This document shows positions 29,973 through 40,557 of a stretch of DNA of 64,000 nt, piece by piece; within the stretch, counting starts at the first letter, position 1; every line of letters begins with the position of its first letter. The notes beneath the pieces were generated by a model. The model had not been told where the DNA came from and made no database searches. It worked only from the letters and a program-made list of their open reading frames with translations. The stretch lies in the IMG/VR virus record IMGVR_UViG_3300025061_000003; one strand, written 5' to 3'. The position numbers were made by a program, and so were the translations under genes. This DNA is from an uncultured virus (IMG/VR IMGVR_UViG_3300025061_000003). Taxonomy: Duplodnaviria; Heunggongvirae; Uroviricota; Caudoviricetes.

Positions 29973-32168
29973 ATGAGCAACTGCTTATTTACAGATAATG
30001 TTGAAGAGTATAAAGAACAAATTAATGAAGAATTGTCATTTTCAGATCTTATTTCTTATGATGCCATCAATATTTTTGAATACAAAATATATAATACGGA
30101 TACCACGGAAAAAGACTTTTATAATATATTAAAGCAGATTTTTGATGAAGATAGAACTATATTCTTAGAGTTTTTATTAAATAGCAATTTAATTCATCTA
30201 GATATGCTTTCTTCTTTTTTTGAAAAAGAATATAATATTTTAGGTGATGATTGTTTATATTATTTAATTCAAAATAAAATTTTACCTTATTCTTTTAATG
30301 ACGATTATTTTTTGTTAGAAGCTCTTTATAATGAAAACATTAATTCTTTAAAAATTCTTATTAGGGCTTATAATCAAGATTCTTGTAGACTTTCTAAGCA
30401 TTGTTTAGAATCTATTTCTGATTTTAGTGGTAATGATTATATTTTCTCTATTTTTATTTCTAATTTTATGTTTTCTGAAAAAGAATTCTCTTCTTTATTG
30501 AAACCTAGTTTTTCATTTTTTAAACACAATACTAAACAAAAATATTTTTATTATGAAATTATTGAAACTGTAATTCAACAACAACTTTATCATTTAATAG
30601 ATGGAGTGGTTTTACAAAATTGCTTGGATAATGATAATTATCAAGCAGCAACTTTATTGCTTGATTTAAATATTCCTATTTCTAATAATGCAAATGATTT
30701 TCTTCATGGCTCTATCTATAATAATGATAGAGATACTTTTTATAAAATTGCTAATCATACTAATTTTAATGATAATTTTATTAGCAAATATCATTTTGAA
30801 GATATTTTTATAAATGATGCTTTTGGGTTTTGTGATTATAAATATTTAATTGATAAATATTTAATTAATATTTGTATTGATTATGAAGACGATATTGAAG
30901 ATTATGATATTGGTTTTTATGAAAACTTACACGATATCACATTAACAGCAATCGAACACAATCAATTTGAGTTTTTTGTTTATCTTTATAATCTAAAAGC
31001 TTCTTATCTATTTTATAGACATGAACCTAAATATAAAGAAGATTTATTAAAAAAGGCATTAGAATCTTATTCTGTTTCTAAATTTTTATTTGTTGAAAAT
31101 AAAGAACCTATTTATCTTGAAAATAACAAAAAGCACATTATTGAATGTTTTGAAAAAAATGCTTCTAAAACTGCCAATTTAATTTTAAATATAAATGAAG
31201 TTGAAATAACAAATAAATCTATTTTAAATGCTATTTATTGTTCATATAATAATCGAGGTTCAACCCAACTTTTAGAATCTTTTTTATCTCATGAAAAAAT
31301 TAATACTTTTGATAATTTAAACTTTGCACTTTTAGAAGCTTCAAATATTTGCCCTAAATCTTTCTCTTTATTATGGGATTCTTCTATGACACATATTAAT
31401 AATGAAAACTACAAGGAAATATTAATTAATTTAATTAAATTAAATGATCCTGAAAATTTTATTAAAGTTGCTAACTCTGATTTTATGAATTCTATTTCTT
31501 TAAATGATTTTGCTTATGAAGCGGTTAAACATTCAAAATCCTCTATTTTTGAATTTATCATTAAAGATAAACGTTTTACTTCATTAAATGATATTTTTAG
31601 TCCATATAATGCAATTTTAAATAAAACAACTTCCTCTTTTTCTTGGAATAAATACAACAATGATAAAATTTTAAAATTAATTTTAGAAAATGAAAATTTA
31701 AAAATTAATTCAACAGTTATATCATTATTAAATTATGCTATTTCTAATAATAATTTTGATTTATTTAAAGACTTTTTACAAAAAAATAAAGATCATATTA
31801 AATTATGGAAAGAAGAACTAAATGATTGTTTTTTGCACTCTATTAAGTTTTTTGATAATAATGAATTTGCTGAGTTTTTGTTTTATAATTCTTTCATTGA
31901 TCTATCATTGATTGGAGATAAGGTAATAGCATGTATTGATATTAAAAGACATGATAAAACTTTTATAATTGACTTGTTAAAAAATATTAATAATGCTGAT
32001 TCTTTTAATTTATTTGTTATATTTCAAAAGACATATAAAATTGATTTTGATATTGCAAGTGTTCTTTTTAGAAAAAGCAATTTAAAAGAATTTTTGATTG
32101 AAAAACATAAAACTATGTTTGATAACTTCAATAAAAAATTTATTGCTAAAAATATGACAACTTTCTAG
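29973..32168 (+). CDS. large degenerate ankyrin-like helical repeat protein, C-terminal NMTTF
   Basis: recurring A....N......L patterns; 731 aa. Confidence 0.6.
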   Translation: MSNCLFTDNVEEYKEQINEELSFSDLISYDAINIFEYKIYNTDTTEKDFYNILKQIFDEDRTIFLEFLLNSNLIHLDMLSSFFEKEYNILGDDCLYYLIQNKILPYSFNDDYFLLEALYNENINSLKILIRAYNQDSCRLSKHCLESISDFSGNDYIFSIFISNFMFSEKEFSSLLKPSFSFFKHNTKQKYFYYEIIETVIQQQLYHLIDGVVLQNCLDNDNYQAATLLLDLNIPISNNANDFLHGSIYNNDRDTFYKIANHTNFNDNFISKYHFEDIFINDAFGFCDYKYLIDKYLINICIDYEDDIEDYDIGFYENLHDITLTAIEHNQFEFFVYLYNLKASYLFYRHEPKYKEDLLKKALESYSVSKFLFVENKEPIYLENNKKHIIECFEKNASKTANLILNINEVEITNKSILNAIYCSYNNRGSTQLLESFLSHEKINTFDNLNFALLEASNICPKSFSLLWDSSMTHINNENYKEILINLIKLNDPENFIKVANSDFMNSISLNDFAYEAVKHSKSSIFEFIIKDKRFTSLNDIFSPYNAILNKTTSSFSWNKYNNDKILKLILENENLKINSTVISLLNYAISNNNFDLFKDFLQKNKDHIKLWKEELNDCFLHSIKFFDNNEFAEFLFYNSFIDLSLIGDKVIACIDIKRHDKTFIIDLLKNINNADSFNLFVIFQKTYKIDFDIASVLFRKSNLKEFLIEKHKTMFDNFNKKFIAKNMTTF

Positions 32169-32227
32169 ATTTTTGCTTTTTTCTTTGTTATAATATATTT
32201 TTATATATCAACAATGGAATTAGAAAA

Positions 32228-32761
32228 GTGAAATTAACAGATAAAAGCAAACTTTTAGGACAAATTTTAAGACACGATCCTTTCTCTTTTGGTTTAGAAA
32301 TATCAAGAGAAGGTTGGGTTAGTGTATCTGAAATTACTAATAAAGTTGAAGCTTTAAATTCTTTTGATTTAATTGATACCATTGTTAATAAGCACTCTAA
32401 TAAAAAAAGATATGCTTTTAATGAAGATAAAACATTGGTAAGAGCATTACAAGGGCATTCTATAAAAGATATTGAAATTGCTTTTGAAAAGGTCACTCCT
32501 TCACATAATCTTTTTCATGGTACACATCCTGATTTAGTTAATGTTATTATGAAAGAAGGTTTGAAGCCAATGACTCGTTTGTTTGTTCATTTATCAAAAG
32601 ATAAAGAGACAGCTTATAAAGTTGGTAAACGCTATTCTAAGAAATTAGAACCTGTTATTCTTACTGTTGATCAAAATGCTGATATTGATTTTTATATTAG
32701 TGAGAATGAAGTTTATTTAACTAAATATGTTGATCCTAAATATATTTCTATTTTGGAATAA
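32228..32761 (+). CDS. kptA: RNA 2'-phosphotransferase (KptA/Tpt1)
   Basis: LRH, KRY, RALQGHS, HGT, GLKPMTR, VHLS. Confidence 0.92.
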   Translation: MKLTDKSKLLGQILRHDPFSFGLEISREGWVSVSEITNKVEALNSFDLIDTIVNKHSNKKRYAFNEDKTLVRALQGHSIKDIEIAFEKVTPSHNLFHGTHPDLVNVIMKEGLKPMTRLFVHLSKDKETAYKVGKRYSKKLEPVILTVDQNADIDFYISENEVYLTKYVDPKYISILE

Positions 32762-32764
32762 TAT

Positions 32765-34033
32765 ATGAAATTTGATATCCCTTTCTTTTACCCTAAGAAA
32801 CTTTTCAGTGATGAGAAGTTTCTTTTTTATCTTATTAAAAATGATTATATTAAAACTTTTAAAGTTTTTTATAATGACTTAAATATTGATTTAAAAAATG
32901 AAAAAGATGTCTTTTTAATTAAAAAAATGCTTAATTTTGCAATTAAGCATAATAGCAACGAAATTCATAAATTTATTTTTAGAGAAGTTGAAAAAGTTTG
33001 TGACAAAATTGGTTTTCATTATGAAATACTTTCATATCTTATTAAAAAAGGCATATTAAGCAACACTTCTAACGTTGATTTTTATAAGAAAGAAATTAGT
33101 TATAGTATTAAATTTTATAATTCACCTTTCTGTAATTATAAAAGAAATTTATATCCAGAATGCAAAAAATCTTATCCTATTTTTATGAAAGATTATAATT
33201 TTTTAATTTCATATTTAATTAAAAATCTTAATAAGAAAAATATTGATAATATTTTTACTTTACATTCTATTTTTTATTATGAAACAAGTTTTGGTTCTAA
33301 TAATAATGTTATTCAAACTTGTGTTAAAAATAATAATCCTGAATTATTAGAATATTATGCTTCGCATAAAGTATTGAACAAAAATAATGTGTATTATAAA
33401 AATAATATTTTAAAAACTGCACTTCAAATAGCAACTGAGCAGGATAATTTTGATTTTATTGAATACTTTGTTCAAAAAATGCCTAATAATATTAGTTACT
33501 ATTATCAATGTGATGTTTTAAAAATAATAGCAAGAAATGAATCTATTTCAGGATTAAAATTTCTACAAAAGCATACACTTTTACTTCATGATTCTATTTT
33601 AACAGCGTATAACAATGATTATTTTGATAAATGTCTTTTGCGTTTTAATTTAGATAATGCTAATTTTATTAATTTGTTTTTTGAAATTTTACAAGATTCT
33701 TATAATAAAACCTTTACTCTTCAAAGTATAAATCATCGTTTTAGCGAACAACAATTAGAAGCTTTATCAGATATTTTCTTTAAAATATCTGAGGAATCTC
33801 TTAGTTATAATGGTCATGAAAAATTTTGGAAAATCTTTTCTAATAAATTTTCTTTCGATTATCTATCTAATTTTCAAATAGAAAAACTATTGCAAAAATA
33901 TTATAAAAATAGAAGTATTATTTCAAAAATTAAGTTTCTTATTGAATATTCTATGAAAGATTCTCCAAAGAAAGATAAAGCTATGGAAACACTTAATAAA
34001 TACTTAAATGTAAATAAAGTTTGTAATTTTTGA
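32765..34033 (+). CDS. degenerate ankyrin-like protein, C-terminal KVCNF
   Basis: TALQIATEQDNFDFIEYFV ankyrin-like repeat. Confidence 0.6.
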   Translation: MKFDIPFFYPKKLFSDEKFLFYLIKNDYIKTFKVFYNDLNIDLKNEKDVFLIKKMLNFAIKHNSNEIHKFIFREVEKVCDKIGFHYEILSYLIKKGILSNTSNVDFYKKEISYSIKFYNSPFCNYKRNLYPECKKSYPIFMKDYNFLISYLIKNLNKKNIDNIFTLHSIFYYETSFGSNNNVIQTCVKNNNPELLEYYASHKVLNKNNVYYKNNILKTALQIATEQDNFDFIEYFVQKMPNNISYYYQCDVLKIIARNESISGLKFLQKHTLLLHDSILTAYNNDYFDKCLLRFNLDNANFINLFFEILQDSYNKTFTLQSINHRFSEQQLEALSDIFFKISEESLSYNGHEKFWKIFSNKFSFDYLSNFQIEKLLQKYYKNRSIISKIKFLIEYSMKDSPKKDKAMETLNKYLNVNKVCNF

Positions 34034-34099
34034 TTTTTTACTTTCTTTTTTTATTGATTGTTATATAATTGTATAGTTGTCAAAAAATAAGGAATAAAA

Positions 34100-34375
34100 A
34101 TGAACTTAAATAATATCACTATGAAAATGGTTTTAAATAATGAATATAACATAAAACCCTTTTTCAACTTAGAACAGGCACAAAAAATTTCCGATATGGA
34201 AAAGGGTTCTTGTATTTATCAAATAAAACCAGAATCTACTGATTCACCAGAAGTTCTTCAAAATAATAAAGCTTACCTTGTTGTTGTTCAAAAATCTGGT
34301 CGATTTTATGCACATGATAACGTAGGTGGATTTGTTATTTCAGAAGATACTGTTTTAGATTCTCTAATCAACTAA
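34100..34375 (+). CDS. hypothetical protein, paralog of 34455-34721
   Basis: shared PFF.LE.AQK.S, IY.IKPE.TD, A.LVV.QK..R.YA.D..GGF.ISED. Confidence 0.8.
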   Translation: MNLNNITMKMVLNNEYNIKPFFNLEQAQKISDMEKGSCIYQIKPESTDSPEVLQNNKAYLVVVQKSGRFYAHDNVGGFVISEDTVLDSLIN

Positions 34376-34454
34376 TAATATCATAAATTACTTTATTTTT
34401 GTTTTCCTATGTTATATAATTACTCTGTTAATTAAATAATGTAGGAAACTAAAA

Positions 34455-34721
34455 ATGCAAATTAAAGCTATCTTAGACAATAAATATAAAACTCTACCTT
34501 TCTTTTCATTAGAAGAAGCACAAAAATTTTCTACTCAATCTAATGTAGATACTGTTATCTATAAAATCAAACCTGAATTCACTGACATTGAAGCTGTTTT
34601 ACGAGAAACAGATGCTTTCCTTGTTGTTGAACAGAAACCTAATCGTAGTTATGCTTTTGATACTGACGGTGGCTTTCATATTTCAGAAGATATTATTCAA
34701 AAAACACTTACTGAGGTTTAA
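34455..34721 (+). CDS. hypothetical protein, paralog of 34100-34375
   Basis: same shared motifs; own promoter and SD. Confidence 0.8.
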   Translation: MQIKAILDNKYKTLPFFSLEEAQKFSTQSNVDTVIYKIKPEFTDIEAVLRETDAFLVVEQKPNRSYAFDTDGGFHISEDIIQKTLTEV

Positions 34722-34722
34722 T

Positions 34723-35886
34723 ATGACTTATCAAAATACACTATATACAAATTTAATGAAACTTGTTGAAGATTCTCAACAAGAAAAAAGAGCAACATTT
34801 ACTTTTAAAGATGTTGATTGTGTTGTTGATCCAAATTTTACTTACCGTATTTTTAACTATCAACTACCAAAATATTCAGATTTCTTAAAAGAAGCGGCTA
34901 TGCAATGTCGTGGAACAATGTTTAGAATTAATAAAGAAACTAAATCTTTTGAGCTTGTGTCTTTACCTATGGATAAATTCTTTGGATTAGGGGAAAACCC
35001 TTCAACAATGAATATTCAACCAGAAGATATTAAAGAAGCTTATGTAAAAGAAGATGGTTCTTTGCTTTCTTCTTATGTTACAGTTGATGGTAATCTTGGA
35101 CTGAAAAGTAAAAGTGAGCCTATTTTTGCTTTTGATAGCCTTGTTCGTGAATATTTATCTCAACATCCTATTTTAAATGACAATCTCTTGAAACTTAGTC
35201 AAGACGGTTATACTGTTGATCTTGAATTTGTCTCATTAAATAACAGAGTTATTCTTGAATATAAAGAACCAGCGCTTCATATTTTAAATATTAGAGGTAA
35301 TAAAGACGGTTCTTATATTGATTTTAGAAATAAAGATTTTCTATCTCAATACCCTATTGAAGATTACTTAGTTAAAACACTTGATCTTTCTTTATTTAAA
35401 GATTTAGGCAAAAACAATAAGTATCTTTCTTTACCTGATATTGAAGGTGCTGTTGTTCGTTTAACAGATGGACGCTTAGTTAAAATCAAAACTGAATGGT
35501 ATATGTCTCAACATAATTACGTTAACATTCAGGATTTCTCTAAGGCTGGTGAGAAGCTGTTTATGGTTGTAATGAATGAAGCTACTGATGAATTACGTAG
35601 TCTACTTCATTATAGAAATAATAGTCCTAATTTTAAACTTGAAGAAAAATTAGCTTTAATTGATAAAGCTGAAACTACTATTCTTGAAGAATATAATAGT
35701 TTTATTTCTGAAATTGGTGGCTTTATGGAAAAATATCAACATCTTGATGATAAATCTTTTATGGAAGCGGTTAAGACTAATCTTTCAAATGATAAAATTA
35801 AGATTGTTATGCCACTTTATAAAGGCAAAGTTAACTCATTAAAGGATTCTTTTATCCTCAATTATCAGAAAAAAATTAAAATTTAA
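34723..35886 (+). CDS. second T4 Rnl1-like RNA ligase
   Basis: YRIFNY, QCRG, KFF, KEDGSLL, EGAV, KIKTEWY; ATG 34723 after GAGGT. Confidence 0.9.
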   Translation: MTYQNTLYTNLMKLVEDSQQEKRATFTFKDVDCVVDPNFTYRIFNYQLPKYSDFLKEAAMQCRGTMFRINKETKSFELVSLPMDKFFGLGENPSTMNIQPEDIKEAYVKEDGSLLSSYVTVDGNLGLKSKSEPIFAFDSLVREYLSQHPILNDNLLKLSQDGYTVDLEFVSLNNRVILEYKEPALHILNIRGNKDGSYIDFRNKDFLSQYPIEDYLVKTLDLSLFKDLGKNNKYLSLPDIEGAVVRLTDGRLVKIKTEWYMSQHNYVNIQDFSKAGEKLFMVVMNEATDELRSLLHYRNNSPNFKLEEKLALIDKAETTILEEYNSFISEIGGFMEKYQHLDDKSFMEAVKTNLSNDKIKIVMPLYKGKVNSLKDSFILNYQKKIKI

Positions 35887-35904
35887 TTTTAATAGGAGAA
35901 TTAC

Positions 35905-36345
35905 ATGAAATTTATTATTAATAGATTAAGAAAACTTTTTTTATTAAATTACACTCATTTTTTTGTAATTCTCTTTTCTTTATCTTTTTTTTCTTCTTTT
36001 GTTATGACAAGATTTTTAAATTTTGATAAATCTATATTTTTTATCTCTGGCTTTTTGTTTTTTTGTTTTTTTGTTTTTATGCTTAAATTTTGTAAGAATA
36101 ATTTTTATATTGATAAAAATATTTTAACATATTCTAATAACAAACTTCATGTTATAGAATATAAATTATTAAATGGAGATATTTTTAGACTTAATAGTGA
36201 TGGCTCTTATCATAATGATAAATTTGCAACTATTGAAAGAGGCAACAAAAAGTTTTTTAGATATAAAAATGAATTTTTACCTTTTGATTCTCTTGAAGAA
36301 TTTCAAAAAATTGCCCCTATACAAAATAAAATCAATAATTTTTAG
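35905..36345 (+). CDS. 2-TM membrane protein, C-terminal KINNF
   Basis: N-terminal TMs; YHNDKFAT motif. Confidence 0.7.
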   Translation: MKFIINRLRKLFLLNYTHFFVILFSLSFFSSFVMTRFLNFDKSIFFISGFLFFCFFVFMLKFCKNNFYIDKNILTYSNNKLHVIEYKLLNGDIFRLNSDGSYHNDKFATIERGNKKFFRYKNEFLPFDSLEEFQKIAPIQNKINNF

Positions 36346-36354
36346 GATAATTTT

Positions 36355-36858
36355 ATGTTAAATAATAAATTAAAATATCAAAAACCATTATTTGACTCTT
36401 CTATTTTATGGAGTGCTTTTATTATTTCTTCTTTTTTAATTGGAATGATTTTTTATCATATATTTCCTAAACAATTATTTTTAATTTTAGGTTTTATAAT
36501 TATTTCTATTAATACTTTTATATTTTTTGATTTATTAACGCCATATTTTTATTCAAAAAAATATAAAGTAAAGGGATTAACTGATTTTGTTATTTATGAA
36601 CGTTGTGATTTTTTTACTATTTCTTTTTCTGGTGATTATTTGCATAATGAATATATTCCAGCATATTTTAAAGGTTATATTGTTAGTATTGAAGAAATGC
36701 TAAATGGAAGAAATCTTGAAGGTTTCTCATTTAAAACTAAAAGAAATTCAGAACAGTTTAATGAATTTTTTGTTTTGAATCAAAAATTGGAAAATCTTCA
36801 AAATATTGAAAAACTTTATCAAAAAATTGAACTAAAAAATAAAATCAATGACTTTTAA
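36355..36858 (+). CDS. 2-TM membrane protein, C-terminal KINDF
   Basis: N-terminal TMs; LHNEYIPA motif. Confidence 0.7.
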   Translation: MLNNKLKYQKPLFDSSILWSAFIISSFLIGMIFYHIFPKQLFLILGFIIISINTFIFFDLLTPYFYSKKYKVKGLTDFVIYERCDFFTISFSGDYLHNEYIPAYFKGYIVSIEEMLNGRNLEGFSFKTKRNSEQFNEFFVLNQKLENLQNIEKLYQKIELKNKINDF

Positions 36859-36904
36859 ATTATTTTTTGTTATAATGAAAAAAATTAAAATTGAGATAGC
36901 ATAA

Positions 36905-37639
36905 ATGAATAAATTAAACTTTTTTGTAACAACAAACGAACTAACAGATAGTGAAATTAAAAAAATTAACTTATCTGGTAAAATCTATTGGTTTTTATAT
37001 TTGCTTTTAATTTCTATAACATTTGGGGCTTCTTTTTACTTTTTGTCTCTTTCTCAATATTTTCAAATTGGGTTTGCTTGGTCTGGACTTTTTGTATTAA
37101 TGTTTATTTATAATATTGTTTTTAATGATCATAAACGGGAAATTCTTTTATCATTAATTCAAAACAAAAATTTTTCTTTTTTACAGGCAATTAGTTCTTT
37201 TGTTGTTTTCTTATGTTTTATTGTTACTTCCTTTATTACTTGGCCTGTAGGGATTATTGGATTTTTATTAAAACCTTTTGGATTTATCAATTTAATCAAT
37301 AAAGATTTAAACAATAAAACAAACTTTACTTTAAAGCTTAATGGAACTGAATACTATAAGATTAATAATAGCCTACATCGAGAACCAGAAGAATTTAATG
37401 GTGAATTTTACTTTTTACCTGCTTTTATGAAAAGAGATTTTCCAAAATTTAAATCTGCTAATAAATCTAATGAGTATTATTTTAACAAGTATTTTAAATC
37501 AGAAATTGAAAACATCTGGTATTTATTTGGTCAAAAACAAGAAAAACCCAAAAGTGTTTTTATACCTCGTGAAAATATACAAAAAATGAAAGATGATATT
37601 AATATAAAACGTATTCAAAAAATTAATAGCGATTTCTAA
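36905..37639 (+). CDS. multi-TM membrane protein, C-terminal INSDF
   Basis: TMs; LHREPE..PA..WYLFG motif. Confidence 0.7.
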   Translation: MNKLNFFVTTNELTDSEIKKINLSGKIYWFLYLLLISITFGASFYFLSLSQYFQIGFAWSGLFVLMFIYNIVFNDHKREILLSLIQNKNFSFLQAISSFVVFLCFIVTSFITWPVGIIGFLLKPFGFINLINKDLNNKTNFTLKLNGTEYYKINNSLHREPEEFNGEFYFLPAFMKRDFPKFKSANKSNEYYFNKYFKSEIENIWYLFGQKQEKPKSVFIPRENIQKMKDDINIKRIQKINSDF

Positions 37640-37684
37640 TTACAAGCCTACAATAGTAGGCTTCTTATTATTTAAGGAAAACTT

Positions 37685-37786
37685 ATGAAAATTCTTAAAA
37701 AATATATTTTAAAATTCAACACTTTTTTTAATAATACTACTTTTTATACTGATTGTGGACGTATTGTAGAACCTAAAAACAAATAA
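37685..37786 (+). CDS. small peptide (33 aa), not in the ORF track
   Basis: AAGGA SD; MKILKKYILKFNTFFNNTTFYTDCGRIVEPKNK. Confidence 0.4.
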   Translation: MKILKKYILKFNTFFNNTTFYTDCGRIVEPKNK

Positions 37787-37855
37787 AACAAACCATTTTT
37801 ATTGATTTTTTTTTATTTTTTTATATATTAATACTATTAAAAGAGTAAAAAATAT

Positions 37856-38668
37856 ATGAAAAAAATTGTTGAGAAAATAAAAAATAAAATCTTTAATAAC
37901 AAAGAACTTAAAGAAGTACAGGGTGAATCTTATAGTCTTTCTGATTTTAATTCTCATAGTGAAAACTTATATTTCATTAATTTAACTGAAAAATTTAATC
38001 ATATATCCTATCAAGCTAATTTAAATGTTGATATAAAAACAACTAACGAAAATTCATATATAGAACTTTATACAAAAAATAAAATTAACAATAATATTTT
38101 TATTGATTGTTCTGAACTTTTATTGAAAATTAGAAGTGTAGGAAAATTTGATAAAAATAACACCCATATAACTATTTTTATAAATATTAATGATTTTAAT
38201 TATTTATCTTCTATAACTAACAAATCTGGTTCTATTATTAATTGCGAATATATTAATTTTAATCAAGAAAATATCACCTTTAACCTTTATGGAAAAGGCG
38301 ATATCATTATTAATTCTTTAATTTCTGATTATTTAATTGTTAATCATAAAAATCAAGGTTCTATTATATTTAAAGATATTAATCCTACTAATATTGAATT
38401 AAATCTATCAAAATCAGCAGTAGTTAAAATTCAAAAAGGTAATGCTGATTATATCAATATATTTTCTCATGATTCTGCTAAAATAATTGCAAAAAACTTT
38501 AAAGTTAAAAAAGCTGAAATTAATTTAAATTCTACTGGCAATACCTTGATTTATGTACTTGAAGATGTTAAAGGTCACATATCTGGAATAGGCAACCTTC
38601 AACTATCTAATGAGAAAGTTAAATGTGATGTTAGAATGAGTGGATTAGGCTCTATCAAATTTAAATAA
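37856..38668 (+). CDS. DUF2807/GIN-like beta-helix protein
   Basis: repeating G.G.I.I pattern, e.g. ISGIGNL, MSGLGSIKF. Confidence 0.7.
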   Translation: MKKIVEKIKNKIFNNKELKEVQGESYSLSDFNSHSENLYFINLTEKFNHISYQANLNVDIKTTNENSYIELYTKNKINNNIFIDCSELLLKIRSVGKFDKNNTHITIFININDFNYLSSITNKSGSIINCEYINFNQENITFNLYGKGDIIINSLISDYLIVNHKNQGSIIFKDINPTNIELNLSKSAVVKIQKGNADYINIFSHDSAKIIAKNFKVKKAEINLNSTGNTLIYVLEDVKGHISGIGNLQLSNEKVKCDVRMSGLGSIKFK

Positions 38669-39292
38669 TTAAAATTTATTAACAATATCTTTAACTTTTA
38701 ATTTCATTAAATATGCTTCAGGATCTTTCTCTATTTCCTCTTGATATTTTGAGCTAATATCGTATCCAAGATAACTTGGATGTAAATCATACCTTAGTTC
38801 ACAAGCCAATTTTAACCACTTAAACCTTTTTTTACCACATTTTTCTTCTTTTGAAGAGGGAGCGACATTTATTTTTCTGTATTTGCCATTTTTTATATAA
38901 TATGTTCCACAGTTATAACCAAGATCTTCATCAGCAAACATAACATCTATTGATACATTTTTATTAACTTTACTCATTTCTTCAATAACAGGCACAGGAC
39001 AACTCCAAGGAGTTTCAAAACTAAATGTAAATATATAGTAACAACCTGTTTTTCTTAGTTTTGCTGATATTTCTGAGTATGTAAAATCATTAATTTTTAT
39101 GTCTGGAGTATATCCTCTTAACATATCAACAGATAAATCATCAGCATTCCACTTTACACCCCATTCAGGTGGTGGTAAATACTTATTAAAATCAAACCTA
39201 CCTTCATTGTTAAAAGATTTTTCTATAAATTTTATAATATCTTTTTTTGTTCTTGATTTTATTGTTAGTTTATTTCTTACATAATTTGGCAC
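38669..39292 (-). CDS. YubB/DUF1281-like ferredoxin-fold protein, C-terminal IVNKF
   Basis: MPNYVRNKLTI, WGVKWNA, FETPWSCP, FADEDLGYNCG; GTG start 39292 after AAGGAG. Confidence 0.7.
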   Translation of the reverse strand: MPNYVRNKLTIKSRTKKDIIKFIEKSFNNEGRFDFNKYLPPPEWGVKWNADDLSVDMLRGYTPDIKINDFTYSEISAKLRKTGCYYIFTFSFETPWSCPVPVIEEMSKVNKNVSIDVMFADEDLGYNCGTYYIKNGKYRKINVAPSSKEEKCGKKRFKWLKLACELRYDLHPSYLGYDISSKYQEEIEKDPEAYLMKLKVKDIVNKF

Positions 39293-39437
39293 AGTAATCT
39301 CCTTCTTTATCAACCTTATTATACCAATAATACAACCTAAAAACAATGAAAATAAATGATATTTTAAATTCTAATTTTATTGATTTTTCAATCTTATTAG
39401 ATTATAATATGGACTCTTAAATCAAATAGAGAAAGTT

Positions 39438-40496
39438 ATGCAAATCAATCCATTAGATATCATAGTTAAGTTTAAAAAAGACTCTAATAAGGACTTCTCA
39501 TATCAACTAGATGATGTTATTTTTGATATGATTAAAGAAAAAAAACCTTGTTTAAAAAAGCTATATGGTGATTTAAACCCTGAAACAACTGATATTGTAC
39601 AACTTTCTAAAAAGGTATTATCAGATTTTTGCTTAGATAATGTTAATGTTAAACACTGTATGGAAGCTGATCAAGGATACACCTACAGAAGCTATGTTAA
39701 ATATAATTCTATCTTTTTTGGTGATTACCATTATAAACAAAACAATATTGAAGTAGCTCTTCATGAAATTGCTCACGTTCTTTGTGATAACCATTTTAAT
39801 TCGCCATTTGAAAAACATGGAGCTTTATTTGTTTCTGTTTTAAAATGGTTAATTCTTCATTACGAATTACTAACAGAAAAAGAATTTGATATTGCTTGTC
39901 AAAAAGCAAATAATTTTAAAGTTAAAATGACTGACGAAACTATTGTGTCTGTTGAATTTATTTCTAATGATATTGATTATTATATTAATTTGTTTAATGA
40001 AAAATCAAAAGAAGCTTCTTATTATCAGAAAAATGGGGAAAAATATATTGAAAATTCTCGTTATAAAGAAAATGGGTTATATCATATTTTTCAAGTAAAT
40101 CATGAAAAGAAAAAAGGCGTTTTAGTTAAAAGAAAACTTTTTGGATATGAAGATTACTCTAAAAATATTTTCTCTAAATTAACTAACGAAGAATTAGTTA
40201 ATTTTCATTTAATTTCACCTATTTTTCTTATGAATTATAACGGTAGGAAAACAAGTTATAGATATGAAGGTGACAAAGGTTATTCTTATTATAAAGTTGA
40301 TGATTGCTTTTTTCTTGATAGAGAATATGAGTGTGTTTATGATTTAAAAGATTACCAGTCGCAAGTTAAATGCTTAACTAAACGGTTAAAAGAAGAAAAA
40401 GTTAAATATAAACGTTGTTCCACTTATGAAGAATTTGATATCTTGCAAGAACAACTTTCTTATGAAATTAATAAAAGAAAAGATAAAAATAATTGA
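39438..40496 (+). CDS. zincin-like metallopeptidase (SprT-like)
   Basis: LHEIAH...HGALF. Confidence 0.65.
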   Translation: MQINPLDIIVKFKKDSNKDFSYQLDDVIFDMIKEKKPCLKKLYGDLNPETTDIVQLSKKVLSDFCLDNVNVKHCMEADQGYTYRSYVKYNSIFFGDYHYKQNNIEVALHEIAHVLCDNHFNSPFEKHGALFVSVLKWLILHYELLTEKEFDIACQKANNFKVKMTDETIVSVEFISNDIDYYINLFNEKSKEASYYQKNGEKYIENSRYKENGLYHIFQVNHEKKKGVLVKRKLFGYEDYSKNIFSKLTNEELVNFHLISPIFLMNYNGRKTSYRYEGDKGYSYYKVDDCFFLDREYECVYDLKDYQSQVKCLTKRLKEEKVKYKRCSTYEEFDILQEQLSYEINKRKDKNN

Positions 40497-40557
40497 AATA
40501 ATAATTATATTTTGATAAAATAACTTAATATTGACAATCACAAAGGCGTATTAAATC

